A stretch of DNA of 64,000 nucleotides from Eledone cirrhosa (GCA_964016885.1 OZ024753.1:29326001-29390000), one strand, 5' to 3'; shown: positions 26,765 through 42,825, numbered from the stretch's first letter. Numbers and translations: made by a program. Notes: a model not told the origin generated them from the sequence alone.

Positions 26765-26948
26765 TAATCTTCGGTGCCACGGCTCGTTCTCCGCCCCCAA
26801 CCTTGTCGTGTCGTTTCGGCTACAAACCTGGGAATCGCCGCCCGTGTAGGAAAATAGTTAAATACCGGGACTTGACCGAGGACTTCCTTTTCTAGCCAGC
26901 CGCCGTCTAGACCTCTGGTGTCCTAGATTCCTGAACTATACAGCTGTT
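26765..26948 (+). mobile_element. CRE-clade RLE fragment (degenerate)
   Basis: FSAPNLV..SATNLGIAAR..RKIVKYRDLTEDFLF*PAAV*TSGVL; homologous to the 3200 and 41010 fragments. Confidence 0.65.
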
Positions 26949-26983
26949 TATAAAAAAAAAACATATTTTACGGGCATTATGTT

Positions 26984-27034
<51 letters not shown>

Positions 27035-27497
27035 ATTTATATGTAGATGTATATATGTGTCGATCTCTCATCAGAGTATAAATTCCAACTGTCTGAAACA
27101 AAATATATTATATATAAATGGAGATAACATATATCTAAAAATCATCAATCTATCGATTATGTATCTAGATATCGATCGATTAATCTATGAATTTATTTTC
27201 TTTCTTTCTAGATATCTAGCCACCACGGAACTATCTAGCCATATGTCTAGTTACCACTTCATTTGTTAGCATATGTATATGTATGAACATGTGTGTATGT
27301 AATTGTGGAAGGGTATGAACCCGTAACTCCTGAGGCGTCGTAGGGGCGCCATTTTAAAATATAGCGTTTCTAGGGCATTTTTAAAACCTGGCGGAACCCA
27401 TCTCCTCTCCAAGCCTGAATACAGCAGGTTTCTTCCAGAAAAGAATAGATAGAGTGAGAGAAAGGAAGTGTAGAAAGAGATTTAGAGGAAGAATCCA

Positions 27498-27815
27498 CCC
27501 AGTACTTGACTGGTACTTTTTTATCGAACATGAATGGCTGAAAGGTAAAGTTGACCGCGGCAGGATTTGAACTCAGAGAGCAAAGAGACGGAACAAATAA
27601 TGATTTCTAATATAGGCACAAGGCCAGTAATTTGGGCGGAGGGGAAAGTCGATTAAATCGACCGCAGTACGTTACTGGTGCTTTATTTTATCGACCCTCA
27701 AGGATGAAAAGCAAAGCTAACCTCGGCGGGTTTTGAACTCAGACCGTAAAGGACCGTAACTCTATGCTGCAAAGCATGGTGTCCGACTGTCTACCGATAC
27801 TGCCAATTCGCCGCC
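27498..27815 (-). mobile_element. Two adjacent SINE family 1 copies (old partial 27498-27595; long variant 27599-27815)
   Basis: Two successive core/B-box matches. Confidence 0.8.
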
Positions 27816-28465
27816 TATGTATATATATATATAAAAACTGTAAAATAATTTAATCGTAAACCCCATAGATTGCGACATAATGTTGTAACAACTACTCTTT
27901 TATGACTGAAAAATGGCTATTGTTTTCGGAGAAGAAATATAAACATATGGAAGATTTTTAATTTTGATTAAGGGAATTTAGGTTTGGAGACTGGAATCTT
28001 TTGAATGAACAAAAACATAAATCCGAGATAACATCTCTTAAGATTTCGTATCTAGAAATAAAAATAAACCCAAAAGGATTTTCTTTTCTTATATGATACA
28101 CATGTACAATTTATAAGTAGCCTACAGTATTCTTTAAGAATGATGTCGAGGGGTGGGTATACTATACCGTTCTTTGAATCTATTTTAAAAGAATAGGCAA
28201 ACAGTTGTTTTCTGATATAAAGGCGAGAATGGTGAAAAACAGGCACGTGAGCTGCCATTACAAATAGCTTACAGATGGATTATGAATTGTTATTGCGTTC
28301 TTTGTTTTTGCCGTTTGTCTGTTGATATATATTTACTTTCCAGTAAAGATGCAGCTGATTAATGTGATGTGATTGCCAGCACACGCTCGGAAGAATTTAT
28401 CGGTCATATTACATGCTATGTTGCCTTAACTCCTTATTGAGTATCCAGTAGTGATATATGGCCAA

Positions 28466-28592
28466 TTCTTCTTCTTCTTTGGTATCTTTTGTTCCCCAAG
28501 GAGTAATGGGCGACGTGAGATCTCCATTCCACATGCTTGCAAACCTCGTTACAGGTCTGCTCCATGGCCATTCATCTGCTTGTCGTAACTGT
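28466..28592 (-). mobile_element. Probable LINE 3' terminal fragment with (GAA)n tail
   Basis: (ttc)n followed by a GC-richer segment, same layout as the other RTE 3' ends here. Confidence 0.35.
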
Positions 28593-28605
28593 AGAAATTT
28601 TAATT

Positions 28606-28792
28606 AATTGTTTCTACTTTAGGCACAAGGCCAGCAATTACCCAGTGCATTACTGGTACTTTATTTTATCGACCCCGTAAGGATGAAAGGCAAAGTCAAC
28701 CTCGGCGGGATTTGAACTCAGATCGTAAAGGGACGTAACTATGCTGGAAAGCATGGCGTCCGACCTTCTACCGATACTGCCAATCCACCGCC
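28606..28792 (-). mobile_element. SINE family 1, full-length short variant
   Basis: TSD ttttaattaat at 28598-28608 and 28793-28803. Confidence 0.9.
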
Positions 28793-29009
28793 TTTTAATT
28801 AATGGAGGTAAGAAATTTTAATTAATGGAGGTAACGTTGCTAAACTTGCTTTCCGTCCCTCCACCCTTCTCGACACAGGTCGGAATCTAACCTAGCGTTT
28901 CAAAGTCAAGGGGGTTGGTAATTCTAGATAGAGACCCCTTTTAGTTGCTATCAGCCGGAGCCAGCTTAACCTGGGACTCAAATAACTTTACTGTTTTTTT
29001 AAGAACATT

Positions 29010-29181
29010 GTTAGCTACGCTGTAGAGGGTTATGGCCCTTTACGTTCAGAGTTCAATTCCCGCCGAGGTTAGCTTTGCTTTTCCGTGTTGATAAAATAAA
29101 GTACCAGTAATGCACTGGAGTCGATTTAATCGATTTTCCCCTCCCGTTCAAATTGCTGGCCTTGTGCCTAAAGTAGTAACA
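29010..29181 (+). mobile_element. SINE family 1, long variant, partial
   Basis: B-box gagttcaattcc and gtcgatttaatcga segment. Confidence 0.8.
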
Positions 29182-29325
29182 GCTTTTTCCAGTATCTAAA
29201 TAACATTTTAAAAACATTAGCTTATAATTTGAAGAAGATTTTACTGTTATTTCTAGGTGGTCGAGCAATCATGTAGAAGATCCATCGTGCCTATTTAGTA
29301 TTTTTTATATAGTAGTAAAGAAATA

Positions 29326-29519
29326 CAGACCTGCCAACCTTTATAAACCCAAATAGGGAGTATCATGAAAAAATGTGTTCCAAGACAGGGAGAAATGAGG
29401 CAAATTGGGGAGATTTTACATACTGAAAGCTATAGCCGTTTTCATCAGAGAAGACATTCTCGGCCACCTCAAAGTGGGTGGGAGATTTCCCCGTCGGACG
29501 GGGAGAGTCGACAGGTCTG
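29326..29519. mobile_element. hAT-like MITE
   Basis: TIRs cagacctgccaac / gtcgacaggtctg; degenerate 8-bp flanks aagaaata/aatacata; second inverted copy at 57838-57995. Confidence 0.6.
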
Positions 29520-30280
29520 AATACATATTGCTCCTGACACATTTAATTAGAGTGTCGGTGAGAAATAAAACGTTAACTCATTTGGGGAAAGAAGGAATAA
29601 AGAAAATAACAAAGCAAACAATTAATAACAATAAAGAAAAATATTGAATAAAATACGTTGTTTTTTATATCCTTCCAAAGAACACGTAAGGAACTGACTA
29701 AACTTGCCACTCAAGCCATATGGAATTGATAAAACACATAGGCTAGTAATCAGGCCTTTATCCATTTAAATTCTCCACTGTCGTATCTATTTCTGCTTGA
29801 TTTCTTCCTCATACAGGATTTATTTTAACCAAAAATAAAATGGCATTTTGATAAGCAGGCTGTAAGTAATCTTGTGTTCATTCTTGTACAAAACAAAGCT
29901 TATAAAATATGGTTGAGATAGCAGAGATAGAAAGCTAAATGCATTCTAGGAGTGGATTTGTGCCTGTTGATGATCTATGAGTTGAAATTGAGTTGAGTTT
30001 ATTTCTCATACTTTGCAAGATCGATTGATTAAATTTTGTAAATATTATTTACTAATGACAAGAGTCCATAGGGATATGATAGACGCCTGCAGTTTCCGGT
30101 TGAGAGATGATAAACTTGAAGTTAGGAGTGACATTATCTAAGTGCAAAAAAACTTTATCAAAAATCCCGATATAGCGATTCCCTACTGAAAAACAATAAC
30201 AGTAGTTTAGAATTAAATGTTTTACCCAGCCACAAAACGAATCATTTGAAGTGTTGTATATAAAGAATACACACACACAA

Positions 30281-30410
<130 letters not shown>

Positions 30411-30603
30411 GAAAGTTTCGTTTACATATAAAAGATATTTATCGAGTATCGACCTGTTACGTACGTTTCGCAGAAAATTGGCTCAAGGTCACCCATCAGA
30501 GTTATGGACCCGATTCCACTATGGATGTGTTCCCCAGACTGACGATGTGACAAAAAAAAAAAGAAATATCTTTGATATGTAAACGAAACTCGTTTTTTTT
30601 CCT

Positions 30604-30741
<138 letters not shown>

Positions 30742-30790
30742 TTTTCTCGAAGAACGAGTTGAGGCGCGAGTGTATTAGAATTCATAGAAT

Positions 30791-31006
30791 AATGGTTTCG
30801 GATTTAGGCACAAAGCCAACAATTTTGGGGGAAAGGGAAAGTCGATTAAATCTACCCCAGTGCATTACTGGTACATATTTTATCGACCCCGTAAGGATGA
30901 AAGGCCAAACTAACCTGAGTAGGATTTGAAATCAGAAGGTAAAGAGTCGTAACTCTGCCGCGATGCAGGGTGTCCGGCGCTCCACGGATACTGTCAATCT
31001 ACCGCC
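30791..31006 (-). mobile_element. SINE family 1, long variant, diverged
   Basis: Homology to the other copies. Confidence 0.85.
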
Positions 31007-31593
31007 TAAGAATCTACCGTCTAATAATAGAATGAAGACGTGTCTGGTTTCCTACACACCTCATCTCTATTTAGATATATATAAAAATGAAGTACAAAAA
31101 GACATATTATACACATACGCTACACGCCTGGAACAGACGCTCGTATGTTATCCAAACCACATTTAAAATTAATTTTCTATTAACTCAAATTAACCTCTAT
31201 TCATATCTAATATATGTGAATTTTATATGCTCGGCTCAGTTAAAGAAAAGTTTCCATATATCAGTACACTCTTTTCAACGGAGGATTTCAGATGCATTTT
31301 CAATTATATGGAATAATTTCCAACATATTTATATTCCTTGGATTATTATTTTCTCTCTAGAGACATATTCTGTTCGATCAATTACATCTAAAAAAATACA
31401 CATAAATATATATATATATATACACGCATACATATATTTACTATAATATATGTGTGTGTGAGTATGAGTGTATGTGTGTGCCTTCATACATTCAAACACA
31501 CACAAGAGAAATCCAGATAGAGAGATATATTTTGATAGACAAATAGGCATATGGTAGGATGTAGATAAATGTCAATGTATTGATAGGCACGAA

Positions 31594-31782
31594 CTTCTTC
31601 TTCGCCCACTTATTCCTGAGAGGGTCCTGGTGGCAGAATCCTGAAACACTCCTTCCAGCTAGTCCTGTCACAAGCAACCGTCTCCAAGCTGGATCTCCAA
31701 GCTAGACCTCCAACTGGATCTCCAAGCTAGATCTCCAACTGGATCTCCAAGCTGGATCTCCAAGCTAGACCAGCCAAGCTCA
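31594..31782 (-). mobile_element. Second copy of the same Rex3-like LINE 3' end, with internal 12-13-bp minisatellite expansion
   Basis: Shares cgcccacttatt.ctgagagggtc.tggtgg...aaacactccttccagc...gaccagccaagctcat with 60540-60790; (tctccaagctgga)-type repeats at 31681-31770. Confidence 0.7.
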
Positions 31783-32243
31783 TAAACGATAAACCTAGAC
31801 AGTGGATTACATTCCTTTTCCCTGTCTCTAGCTTCTGAATTCATAAGAACCCCATATATAATTTTCTTCTAAAATCAAAATTGATGGAGGAATTGTTCAC
31901 CGAAAACTATTCAATTGGCTCCTTCAGCTATTTTAGCCCGTCTAGTTTATCCAATATACAATAACATGAAGTGTATTAGTTTCACGTTTGGAGGAAATAG
32001 AATGAGTTACACACACACTTCTATCTTCGGTTAGCTTTCCCCTGTGTTGTTTACTTGTCTCACTCGCTTTACGCGTTTCAATTGTCCTAATAACTTATTT
32101 TAGTTATTATCGCACCAACGTGAGGTATATGATTATTAATGCGATGAAATACCAATGATCGTTGGCAAATCACTGATGAGGGACTCATTTTATAACATGT
32201 AATCCATGTGCAACCATGCAGTATTCTTCTCCCCATATTTTTC

Positions 32244-33920
<1,677 letters not shown>

Positions 33921-34442
33921 GTCAATTCTTTCCATTGATTCTTCTCTATTTCTCTTTATATTTCCAGAGTTTTTACATATTTCCCTATTTCTTAACCGTA
34001 AAATGTTATCTTATCGCAATAAAATATAGCGTGAAGAAAAATAATTTGGAACTAAGTAGAGATAGAAAAAGAAACTGTCGGATAACTTTAAAGTTCTTAC
34101 GATGTATTGTACAACTAAATTTGAAAGTATAGATATGAGAAATAGGTGAAGAGAAAATTTTGGCTTAGATTAAAATTTAAGATAAGGCGTTACAAAACGA
34201 GGCCAGAGAGGGGGATCGAGGGAGAGAGAGAGAGACATTTGAAACTTCAGGCTTGTTAGATGTAATGTATTCGGCAGGCTGGAAACTATGCGTAAACATA
34301 TACACACACTCATGCATGTGTGTGTGTGCGTGTATATTAGTGCGTGGAGAAATAATATTTGTATAATAAATACTCATATATATGTATGTTTTGTGTGCGC
34401 GTGTATATTTATATATGTATCATAATTCTGTGGGGGGGGGGT

Positions 34443-34508
<66 letters not shown>

Positions 34509-34605
34509 ACACACACACACACACAATTATGATACATATATAAATATACACGCGCATATATATATATATGTATATATATACATACATAGAGAGATTGAGA
34601 GAGAA

Positions 34606-34638
<33 letters not shown>

Positions 34639-35018
34639 CATAGAGAGGGAGAGAGAATGCACGGGTACACTACACACATACATCCAGAGTGATAAAGAGA
34701 TAAGTAAAGAGACAAACAAGTGACTGTTAATATTATCTACAGTGATATGTGATAAGTAGTCCAGAAATAAGAAATAGTCTGAGAGGAAAACTGGGTGGTT
34801 TTCTAATATTTATTTAATCTCAGAAATTTCACACTTGTATTTTCAGCCTCGGCCACCTTGCGGGTTACATATTTTAATTCAACTTCAACAGGTTAAATAA
34901 TCGAATGGTTCCTTATTTTAGACATGTATGTATGTAAGTATGGTCCCGTAACTCCTGATGGAGTCGTAGGGGCGCCGTATTGATATACAGTGTTTCCTGG
35001 GCAGTTTTTACTACATTG

Positions 35019-35197
35019 TGGCAGTATCGGTAGAGGGTCGGACGCCATGCTTTGCAGCAAAGAGTTGCGGCCCTTTATGGTCTGAGTTCAAATCCTGCCG
35101 AGGTTAACTTTGCCTTTCATCCATACGGCTTCGATAAAATAATGTACCAGTAATACACTGGGATAATTGCTGGCCTTGTGCCAAAAGTAGAAAAATT
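35019..35197 (+). mobile_element. SINE family 1, short variant, followed by an inverted partial copy (35221-35296)
   Basis: Homology; the two copies are tail-to-tail across a (TA)n tract. Confidence 0.85.
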
Positions 35198-35322
35198 ATA
35201 TATATATATATATATATATAATTATTCCAGAGTATTACTGGTACTTTATTTTATCGAACGCGTAATGATGGAAGGCAAAGTTAGCCTCGGCGGGACATAT
35301 ATATATATATATATATATATAC

Positions 35323-35692
35323 TTTGTTTTGGAGATGTTGATGTATAAGCCAGCCTCCAGCGAATGTTTGGCCAGTACATATCTGTATCAGTGAGCTACT
35401 CAACGTTTCTAAACTTAGCCCAATTACATCAATTGTCAAGTCAAGAGTACTCAAACTATACGATCATATAAAAAGATCAACTGGTGGTGTGAGTAGGTTA
35501 TGCCTGGAAGGAATGTTGGCTGGTAAGAGAAGCAGAGACCGACAGCCAAAACGATGGCTTCATAATGTCAACCTATGGACTGGACTTGATCTTTGCTCTT
35601 TGAACTCTGCTGCTGGTGTTCGAACTTTGTGGAGAAAGATATCTCATGTTGATGCGCAGTCTGCAACTAGCGGAGTTTAGCGTCACAAGAAG
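35323..35692 (+). mobile_element. RTE-clade LINE 3' fragment inserted in (TA)n
   Basis: ...VKSRVLKLYDHIKR...LCLEGMLAGKRSRDRQPKRWLHNVNLWTG...RTLWRKI resembles the RTE C-terminal EG...G.R.RGR....W.D motif. Confidence 0.75.
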
Positions 35693-35724
<32 letters not shown>

Positions 35725-36310
35725 ATGAGAGAGAGAGGGGAGGGTGTACTATTGTCAACTTTCCGGTGAGGCCAGTGTGTACTCGTGTATTTACACAAAC
35801 ACACACAAGAATGTACTAGCACACACCCAAGCTACAATAGGACGTGTTTTCTATTTCTGAGACAAAGGGAAATGGCACGAAATATTTGTTTCTACACTCG
35901 CCATATCATTTAAATAGATGAAATTCCTATAAAGTTTTCTATTGATATAAATAAATAAACTATCTGTTTGAAGTTGCATGCATTGTACCAACTGCAGAGA
36001 AGGTGGATATAATAAGGTGAACACTTAATGTTATTATTGTTACATGCATCTTCTTTATAAAAGCTATAATACTTAACTTGTTTTAGAGAAAGATTATTAA
36101 TACGATTTTATAGTAAGTAGCTAAAGTAAATCATGATAAATTCATTCACGGATAATTTATTCTAAACAATCTCTTACAGATTTTGTGAAGAGTCAGCTTC
36201 ACTGGGGCTTAATGTAATTGTAAATATGGAATTCCGATCTATCACCTGTAATAAACCTGAAATTGTCTTAATGCAGGGATAGAAATTAAATATATTATTA
36301 CATAGGAAAT

Positions 36311-36496
36311 TGGTGGATTGGCAGTAACGGTAGAGGGTCGGACGCCATGCCTTGCAGCACAGTTACGTCCCTTTACGGACTGAGTTCAAATCCCGCCGAG
36401 GTTAACTTTGCCTTTCATCCTTACGGGGTCGATAAAATAAAGTACCAGTAATACACTGGGATAATTGCTGGCCTTGTGCCAAAAGTAGAAACAATT
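36311..36496 (+). mobile_element. SINE family 1, short variant
   Basis: 17-bp perfect TSD attattacataggaaat at 36294-36310 and 36494-36510. Confidence 0.95.
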
Positions 36497-36592
36497 ATTA
36501 CATAGGAAATGAATTTCATTCGTACGATAGTAGTAAGAAACTCTCAGGAGAGCTGGACAGCAGAAGGTCTTCAGAGAAGAACCCTCACCCAC

Positions 36593-36647
<55 letters not shown>

Positions 36648-37800
36648 TGTGAAGATAGACTTTAAATATCACAAAATTAGATTTGAAATAGAAACGCCTG
36701 GAACACGAGGATGTCTGTCAACGCCCTGTAATAATTTAAAATTAAAATAAAAAAACAATAAAAAATTCGCAGGTAAAAGTAAAACCCACAATATTAAGTA
36801 TGTGTGTGTCAAAAATGAGATCGATAACGTATGATATCTAACGCAGTGCACACGGCATCGAATATCTGGGAGAGAGTTGCAATCGATTAAATTGACACGA
36901 GTTATGTTTGTTAGGAAATGAAAGACCGGTCGCATGACAGAAGGTAAAGATATCCGACTAAATACAGGCATTTAATAATTTGCCTTACAAATTGTGCCCT
37001 AAACATAGATAATATTATTCTATTATAATATTCCTACGCTTCTTTTCCGGTTATTTCATCTCTTATGCAAGGATTTTTTATCTCAGAATTCTATGATATC
37101 AAAGTAATTGTAATTGGAATAATGTAATAGCCTGGATCATTTTCTTTTATCTCCTATATGCGAGTATATATTTACTATCAAAAGCACTAGCATACTTCAA
37201 TAGCCAACTTAAAAGGATATATAAGATTTAAGTTTAATCTAGTGTTACGTTGTATTATCAGCAGCTGTTGCCAGGTAAATGAGAATGAAAGTATCAAATA
37301 TATTGCTGATAAAATAATTCATTACCAGTGATGTGATAAGAACTCATATAACCTCAGTTCACAATTCAACGTCGTTGCCGTTGGCATGTTATGAATCCTA
37401 TTATAATTTCTCAAAATGCATATATTATAGTAGGCATTTATCTCAATTGTCTCTTGTCAATTATTGAACCAAGGATTTTTTCTACGGTATATTAAGACAA
37501 GTCAATCTTCAATTTACAGATTAGTAGCGATTTCTCCTTTCTAGCATGAACACTTTTAAAATCACAGAGCGTATGAAACACGGAATATATATTTTCTTAT
37601 CATAAGTTATCTCTAGCAACCAAAATATAGTTCTGCGAAATAGACACATGAGCTTCGAAAAATTGATAAACACACAACATATTATTAACGCAGCAGACTA
37701 AATATTTGGATATTAATTCTTATATATGTATGGTATAGTTTACAAGTTCGCATTGATACAGAAATCTGTTTCGCATACACATACACACATGCGAAAATAA

Positions 37801-37835
<35 letters not shown>

Positions 37836-37846
37836 GTAATAATAAT

Positions 37847-37952
37847 AATTGTTTCTACTATTGGCACAAGGCCAGAAATTACCCAGTACATTACTGGTAC
37901 TTTATTTTATCGACCCCGTAAGGATGAAAGGCAAAGTCAACCTCGGCGGGAT
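37847..37952 (-). mobile_element. SINE family 1, truncated, inserted in the 3' tail of a PLE-end fragment
   Basis: Flanked on both sides by tagtaataataataat. Confidence 0.85.
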
Positions 37953-38043
37953 TAGTAATAATAATAATAAATGTGAAAACTAAAATCCAAAGAGGGCTCG
38001 ATAAAGATAAATATATATCAAATACAGAAGAACCCTAGAGCAA

Positions 38044-38177
38044 ATATTTATTAAAATAACAGATTAAAGTTTAAGCAAAGAAACGCTGCTTTCACCGTTA
38101 ACGGGATATTCTGAAACTGTTATAGGTGAAAGCAGCGATTCTTTGCTTAAACTTTAATCTGTTATTTTAATAAATAT
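38044..38177. repeat. Inverted repeat, 53-bp arms, 28-nt spacer (PLE 3'-end family)
   Basis: Arms 38044-38096 and 38125-38177. Confidence 0.9.
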
Positions 38178-40098
38178 ATATATATACAGAGAGAGAGTGT
38201 GTGACACACACACACACATATATATATATTATATATACGTTTATGTATTTGATGTGAAATCGTGTGTTGAAACAGATATCGTTATATTTAGGATTGGTCA
38301 TGTAGCCAATGTTCGTGTATTGTCCAGGGAGCCGTAAAAATAGCGGAAAGTATGCGGCACGATGTACGAAAATACAGCCTCCAACCGCTAAACTCTAAAG
38401 GATGAATACCAATGGAGGCATCAAAACAGATGAAGCCAGGATATGAAAAGGAGTTTGAATAAATACTTCGAAGCATTTTAATCCGATGCCAAGGCGGTCC
38501 CTAGTCTAGGTCTCACACAATTGCCATATCGCATGTAAGCAACATACATACATGTGCATACACAAGTGATGTATGTGTCTTTAAGATGCGAATACGTATG
38601 GCAACGGCTTACGAGCGCATACTTTCGTTGGATATTGAAATAATACAACCCTGCCCATTTAAATTGAGTTCTTTTTTTTTAGATGCGAATCACATTTATA
38701 TTTCTAACTGTAATTTAGTATTTCTTTAACTGAGCTATAAATCCTTGATTAATTATAATTTGGAATCGCCGAGAACCATTGCCATGACATAAAGTTATGT
38801 TATTTACAATACATCGTTTATGATATTTTTTGTTTGTTTGTTGTGAATTTTTTTGTTGTTGTTGCTGTTTTAACGTAATAAAATTGATCCATGAGGCAAG
38901 CAGAAGATTACACAGAGATCGTAAAAATTAATACTTTCACAAATTACAAGTTTCAAATGGCCTTTGGTAGATTAACTGTTGACTTTTCCAGCATAAATTG
39001 AAACAGCAACAATTAGAATTTTGTACAGGCTACTACGTTAATCAACTCAAAATTACCTGTTACTCAAATACCCAGTTTTTTTTGGGGGGTGGGTGGCATT
39101 TTTCACTGAATACTGCCCTGTAGAAGTAAGTTCTAGCTGAACAGCAGTATTAAGTTTGCAAAGCTGGAAAAAAGTTTTGTATCAATACATTATGTTTAGA
39201 TAGTGAGGCTTGGAAATTCTCATGAGTAGAGAATATATTTATGAAGTTTTAATAATTTGATCTTTAAAGGTGTAGTTTAGAGTATAGATTTTGTTTCACA
39301 ACTCCTTAACGTAATAATTTTTTTATTACCAATTTTCGACTGTTTTGAAGGCTATAGTCACTCTTTCCCTATGTTAAATAATTGGTATAATGCAACACAT
39401 TTAAAGGGGCAATATATATATTTAAATTGTCAATATAACTGACTGTAATACGATGGCCGATGGAATTAAAGTCTATGCTAACTGAGTTGTGATTTGATCT
39501 CAGTAAATAGAGACACAGAATTAAATAATATTTGACATTCTAACGTTTCTAGCAACGAAATACTGTCATATAATCTGTACTACAAAACGCAAAAGCGTGA
39601 CAGTTTCTTAGAAACAGATGGCATTGTAGGAATTATTCTCATCACTGTATTTTTAGGCGGTTAAAAACTGCTAGATTTCATACAATTTCATTCCTCTGAT
39701 GTTCTATTCTTGTGATACATTAGAACGAATAAAATTTTCTGGTCTTTACCTCACACAGAAACATTTAATCAAGGAGATTCCAGAGGTTAGAAACAGCTAC
39801 TAAAAGACACTCCCATTCGATATTTAAACAATCAGAGTCGTTCACCTGCCTTTATTGACATGAATTCCAATTAATGTAAATTTTTTTTTCTTTACACATG
39901 TATATTTAACTGATGAAACGTTTTATTTGGCTCACTAAATTATGTTAACCTCCACATAACCGCATATTCTTCGTTTTAAAAAACATCTCTAGCAAACTTT
40001 CCCATTCATGCTCTATTCTCAGTGTATGTTTTTGTTACTCAAATATATATATTCTCCCCTCGGTTATTATTAGATATGAGAACAGTTAAGACTATGCA

Positions 40099-40135
40099 CT
40101 GTTGAAGAAGTCTAATAGGACTGAAACCTGTCCAG
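40099..40135 (+). ncRNA. Isolated minimal hammerhead motif
   Basis: CUG-UUGAAGA-AGUCU(aaua)GGACU-GAAAC(cu)GUC-CAG. Confidence 0.6.
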
Positions 40136-40639
40136 AGTTGTCGCACAAACGAAAGATCAGAAGCATTCTACGCCGCATGCCCCACTTATTTTTAAAATAA
40201 ATTTAGAATTTGGAGTTTTCTCTTTGGACTCCCTGCACGAGAATTATAATTGCTAATGACTTTCCTTTCCGTTTAGACTGTAATTCTCACTGATTAAACA
40301 TTTCCTTTTACTCGTTATATTAAGTATTTTTGCTGTCTTTAACTATACCAACAACTTTTTATTATGGCAGTCATTAGTAAACTAGCGAAGCATATACTTA
40401 CAGATTTTAATTTAATCCTGACTGAAATCAAAACCATCATAAGTTGCCTTTTAAAAACTCGATGTCGAGAGAACAAGCAGAAGTAATGGAGAGATTTCAA
40501 GAATCAATGTGATATTAAGTACAAATAAATGCTTTTTCTAGATGTTACAAAGGAGAGGCTTCCTTGTTGGCAATGACACCATGAGTAAAACTGATGTGGC
40601 TAAGAGCAGCTAAGTTTGTTTACTTACAGAGTTAGAATG

Positions 40640-40860
40640 AATAATCGTTTCTACTTTAGGCACAAGGCCAGCAATTAGACGGGAAGGGGGAAAGTCGATT
40701 AAAAGACCCCAGTGCATTACTGGTACTTTATTTTATCGACCCCGTAAAGATGAAAGGCAAAGAACCCTCGGCGAGATTTGAACTCAGAACGGAAAGGGAC
40801 GTAACTAAATAGTGAAAACCATTTTGTCCGATGCTTTACCGATTCTGTCAATCCACCGCT
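40640..40860 (-). mobile_element. SINE family 1, long variant
   Basis: TSD gagttagaatg at 40629-40639 and 40869-40879. Confidence 0.85.
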
Positions 40861-41009
40861 CAAGAATTGAGTTAGAATGTCTAATTACGACAGATTTTCA
40901 TTAATAAGCTATTTTTCTTGAAATACTTTAATACAAAACCAGAGTTAGTTCCCTTAAGAGGGAAAGAGGGGGCAAACTCTACGCCTCTGGTTAGGAAGTA
41001 ATCATATCT

Positions 41010-41397
41010 TAGCTGCGCCCCGAGGAATAGATGGCGAAAGCCTTGCCACGGAGAACAACTAGCGACACTCAATGCATTAACCAACTAACCTCACAAGAAT
41101 TCTTCCTTAGGCGGGATACACACCTCCCGATTTTGCGGAAGAAAACCTCAGTCCAGGGACTGAGGATATTTGAGGTTTCAACGGCGATAGTACGAAAAGG
41201 AAGTGGTTGTCAAGTCCAGATACATTCGGCTCTCTTGTGTTCAGGTTTGTGGCCGAAACAACAAGGCTGGAGCCGAGGAACCTGTCACAGCAGGTAGTGT
41301 CCTATTTTATAAATTTAACCTATAGGCGCTTACCTTCATCCACGGCCGAAGCCTGAGGCTCCAGTTGTTATGGGAAACCGGCCTCGTCAAGCGAAAG
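41010..41397 (-). mobile_element. CRE-clade RLE fragment (degenerate)
   Basis: SLDEAGFP*QLEP...DEGKR..., (W)DTTCCD.F..S.LVVSATN, HFLF..IAVETS...KIGR.VSRLRK...EVSWLM..VSLVVLRGKAFAI. Confidence 0.75.
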
Positions 41398-42143
41398 ATC
41401 TAATCGATAGGAGAGGATGATGCGGTCGCTATTGCTATACGATGAGGAGGAGGAGAAGAAGGATGAGGATGAAGGGAATTATAAAGTGATGATGGTGGGG
41501 AAAGAGAAGATGGGAAGGATCAACAATGATGGTAATGAGAATCCTGATAACGAGATAAGATTAACATAATGCCATCCTAAATTTTTATTGCAATATTTAA
41601 TGTAACCATTACAAGAAGACTGATTGCGTAGACACAATGTGTCTGTCTGTCTGTCTGTCTGTCTGTGTCTGTGTCTGTGTGTGTGTGTGTGTGTGATATG
41701 AATATATTGTAATATGATTATCTGTGTAGGATATAAAGAGAAAGAGTGTGTTGGTGATATTGTCGCCGTCGATGTTGCTATTGTTGTTGTTGTTGTTGTG
41801 GTGGTGGTGGTGGTGTTGTTGCTGTCGTCGTCGTTGGTGGTGGTCGTGGTGGTGTGGTGGTGGTGTTGTTAACCAGAGCAGACTTGGAACTAAACTACGA
41901 CGAAACCAATAAGAAACAGTGACAGATTCGCTGATGTGATTCGCAGTGGTAGTTTATCACCTCCATTTTAGAGAGATGTCTTTAGGAATAGAACTGAAGG
42001 AACAGACAACTAGAAAGACAGACAGACATACAGATTCCCTCTCCTACAGATAGACATGAATGATGAGCAGTCAGTTTCGATCAACTGAAATACGTATTCA
42101 TGAAATTTAGGTGAAAGTAACTGTGTGTGTATCTGCGTCCGTG

Positions 42144-42198
<55 letters not shown>

Positions 42199-42208
<10 letters not shown>

Positions 42209-42492
42209 AGATCAAAAGATGGTTAAAAGAGTTCCATGTATTTTATTATGCGCATTTCAAAAACAAATATCATCATGCAATAACATTTGTGTTTTCATCA
42301 GATAAAATAGGAAGATATGTTGATTTAAAACTGCACTATCCACAAGTGTTTTTTAACCTTCATATCATGTCTTCCTATTTTATCTGATGAAAACACAAAT
42401 GTTATTGCATGATGATATTTGTATTTGTTTTTGAAATGCGCATAATAAAATACATGGAACTCTTTTAACCATCTTTTGATCTTATATATTAT
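42199..42492. repeat. Inverted repeat, ~120-bp arms, 54-bp spacer
   Basis: Arms 42199-42315 and 42370-42492; right arm carries a 6-bp duplication. Confidence 0.95.
42376..42452 (+). ncRNA. Type I hammerhead ribozyme motif, canonical core, 8-bp helix I
   Basis: UAUUUUAU-CUGAUGA-AAA..long GU-rich hairpin..UUU-GAAAU(gcgc)AUA-AUAAAAUA. Mirror copy at 42239-42309(-). Confidence 0.8.
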
Positions 42493-42763
42493 GTATACTC
42501 CAGTCCTACAAACTGTAGAGTGCTTCTTATCCGATATCTGCATTGCTTTATTGTACTACAATAAAACTTACCTCCTACATATATATATATATATATATAT
42601 ATGTTTGTTGGTTCACCACTGGATAGAATTGATCATTCCGTATGGTCAATCTTGATGTAATATTATGGAGAATATTCAACGTAGTGCAGTTCACCCGACT
42701 TCGTTTGTCTAGTTGGTGGCGCTAATATATATATATATATATACCCAATTTTGATTTGGCTTT

Positions 42764-42820
<57 letters not shown>

Positions 42821-42825
<5 letters not shown>

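Noticed and set aside
30452-30500. CUGAUGG...GCGAAAC(guac)GUA on the minus strand as an intact hammerhead
   Set aside because: A9 is missing and helix I does not pair; kept only as part of a lower-confidence family finding.
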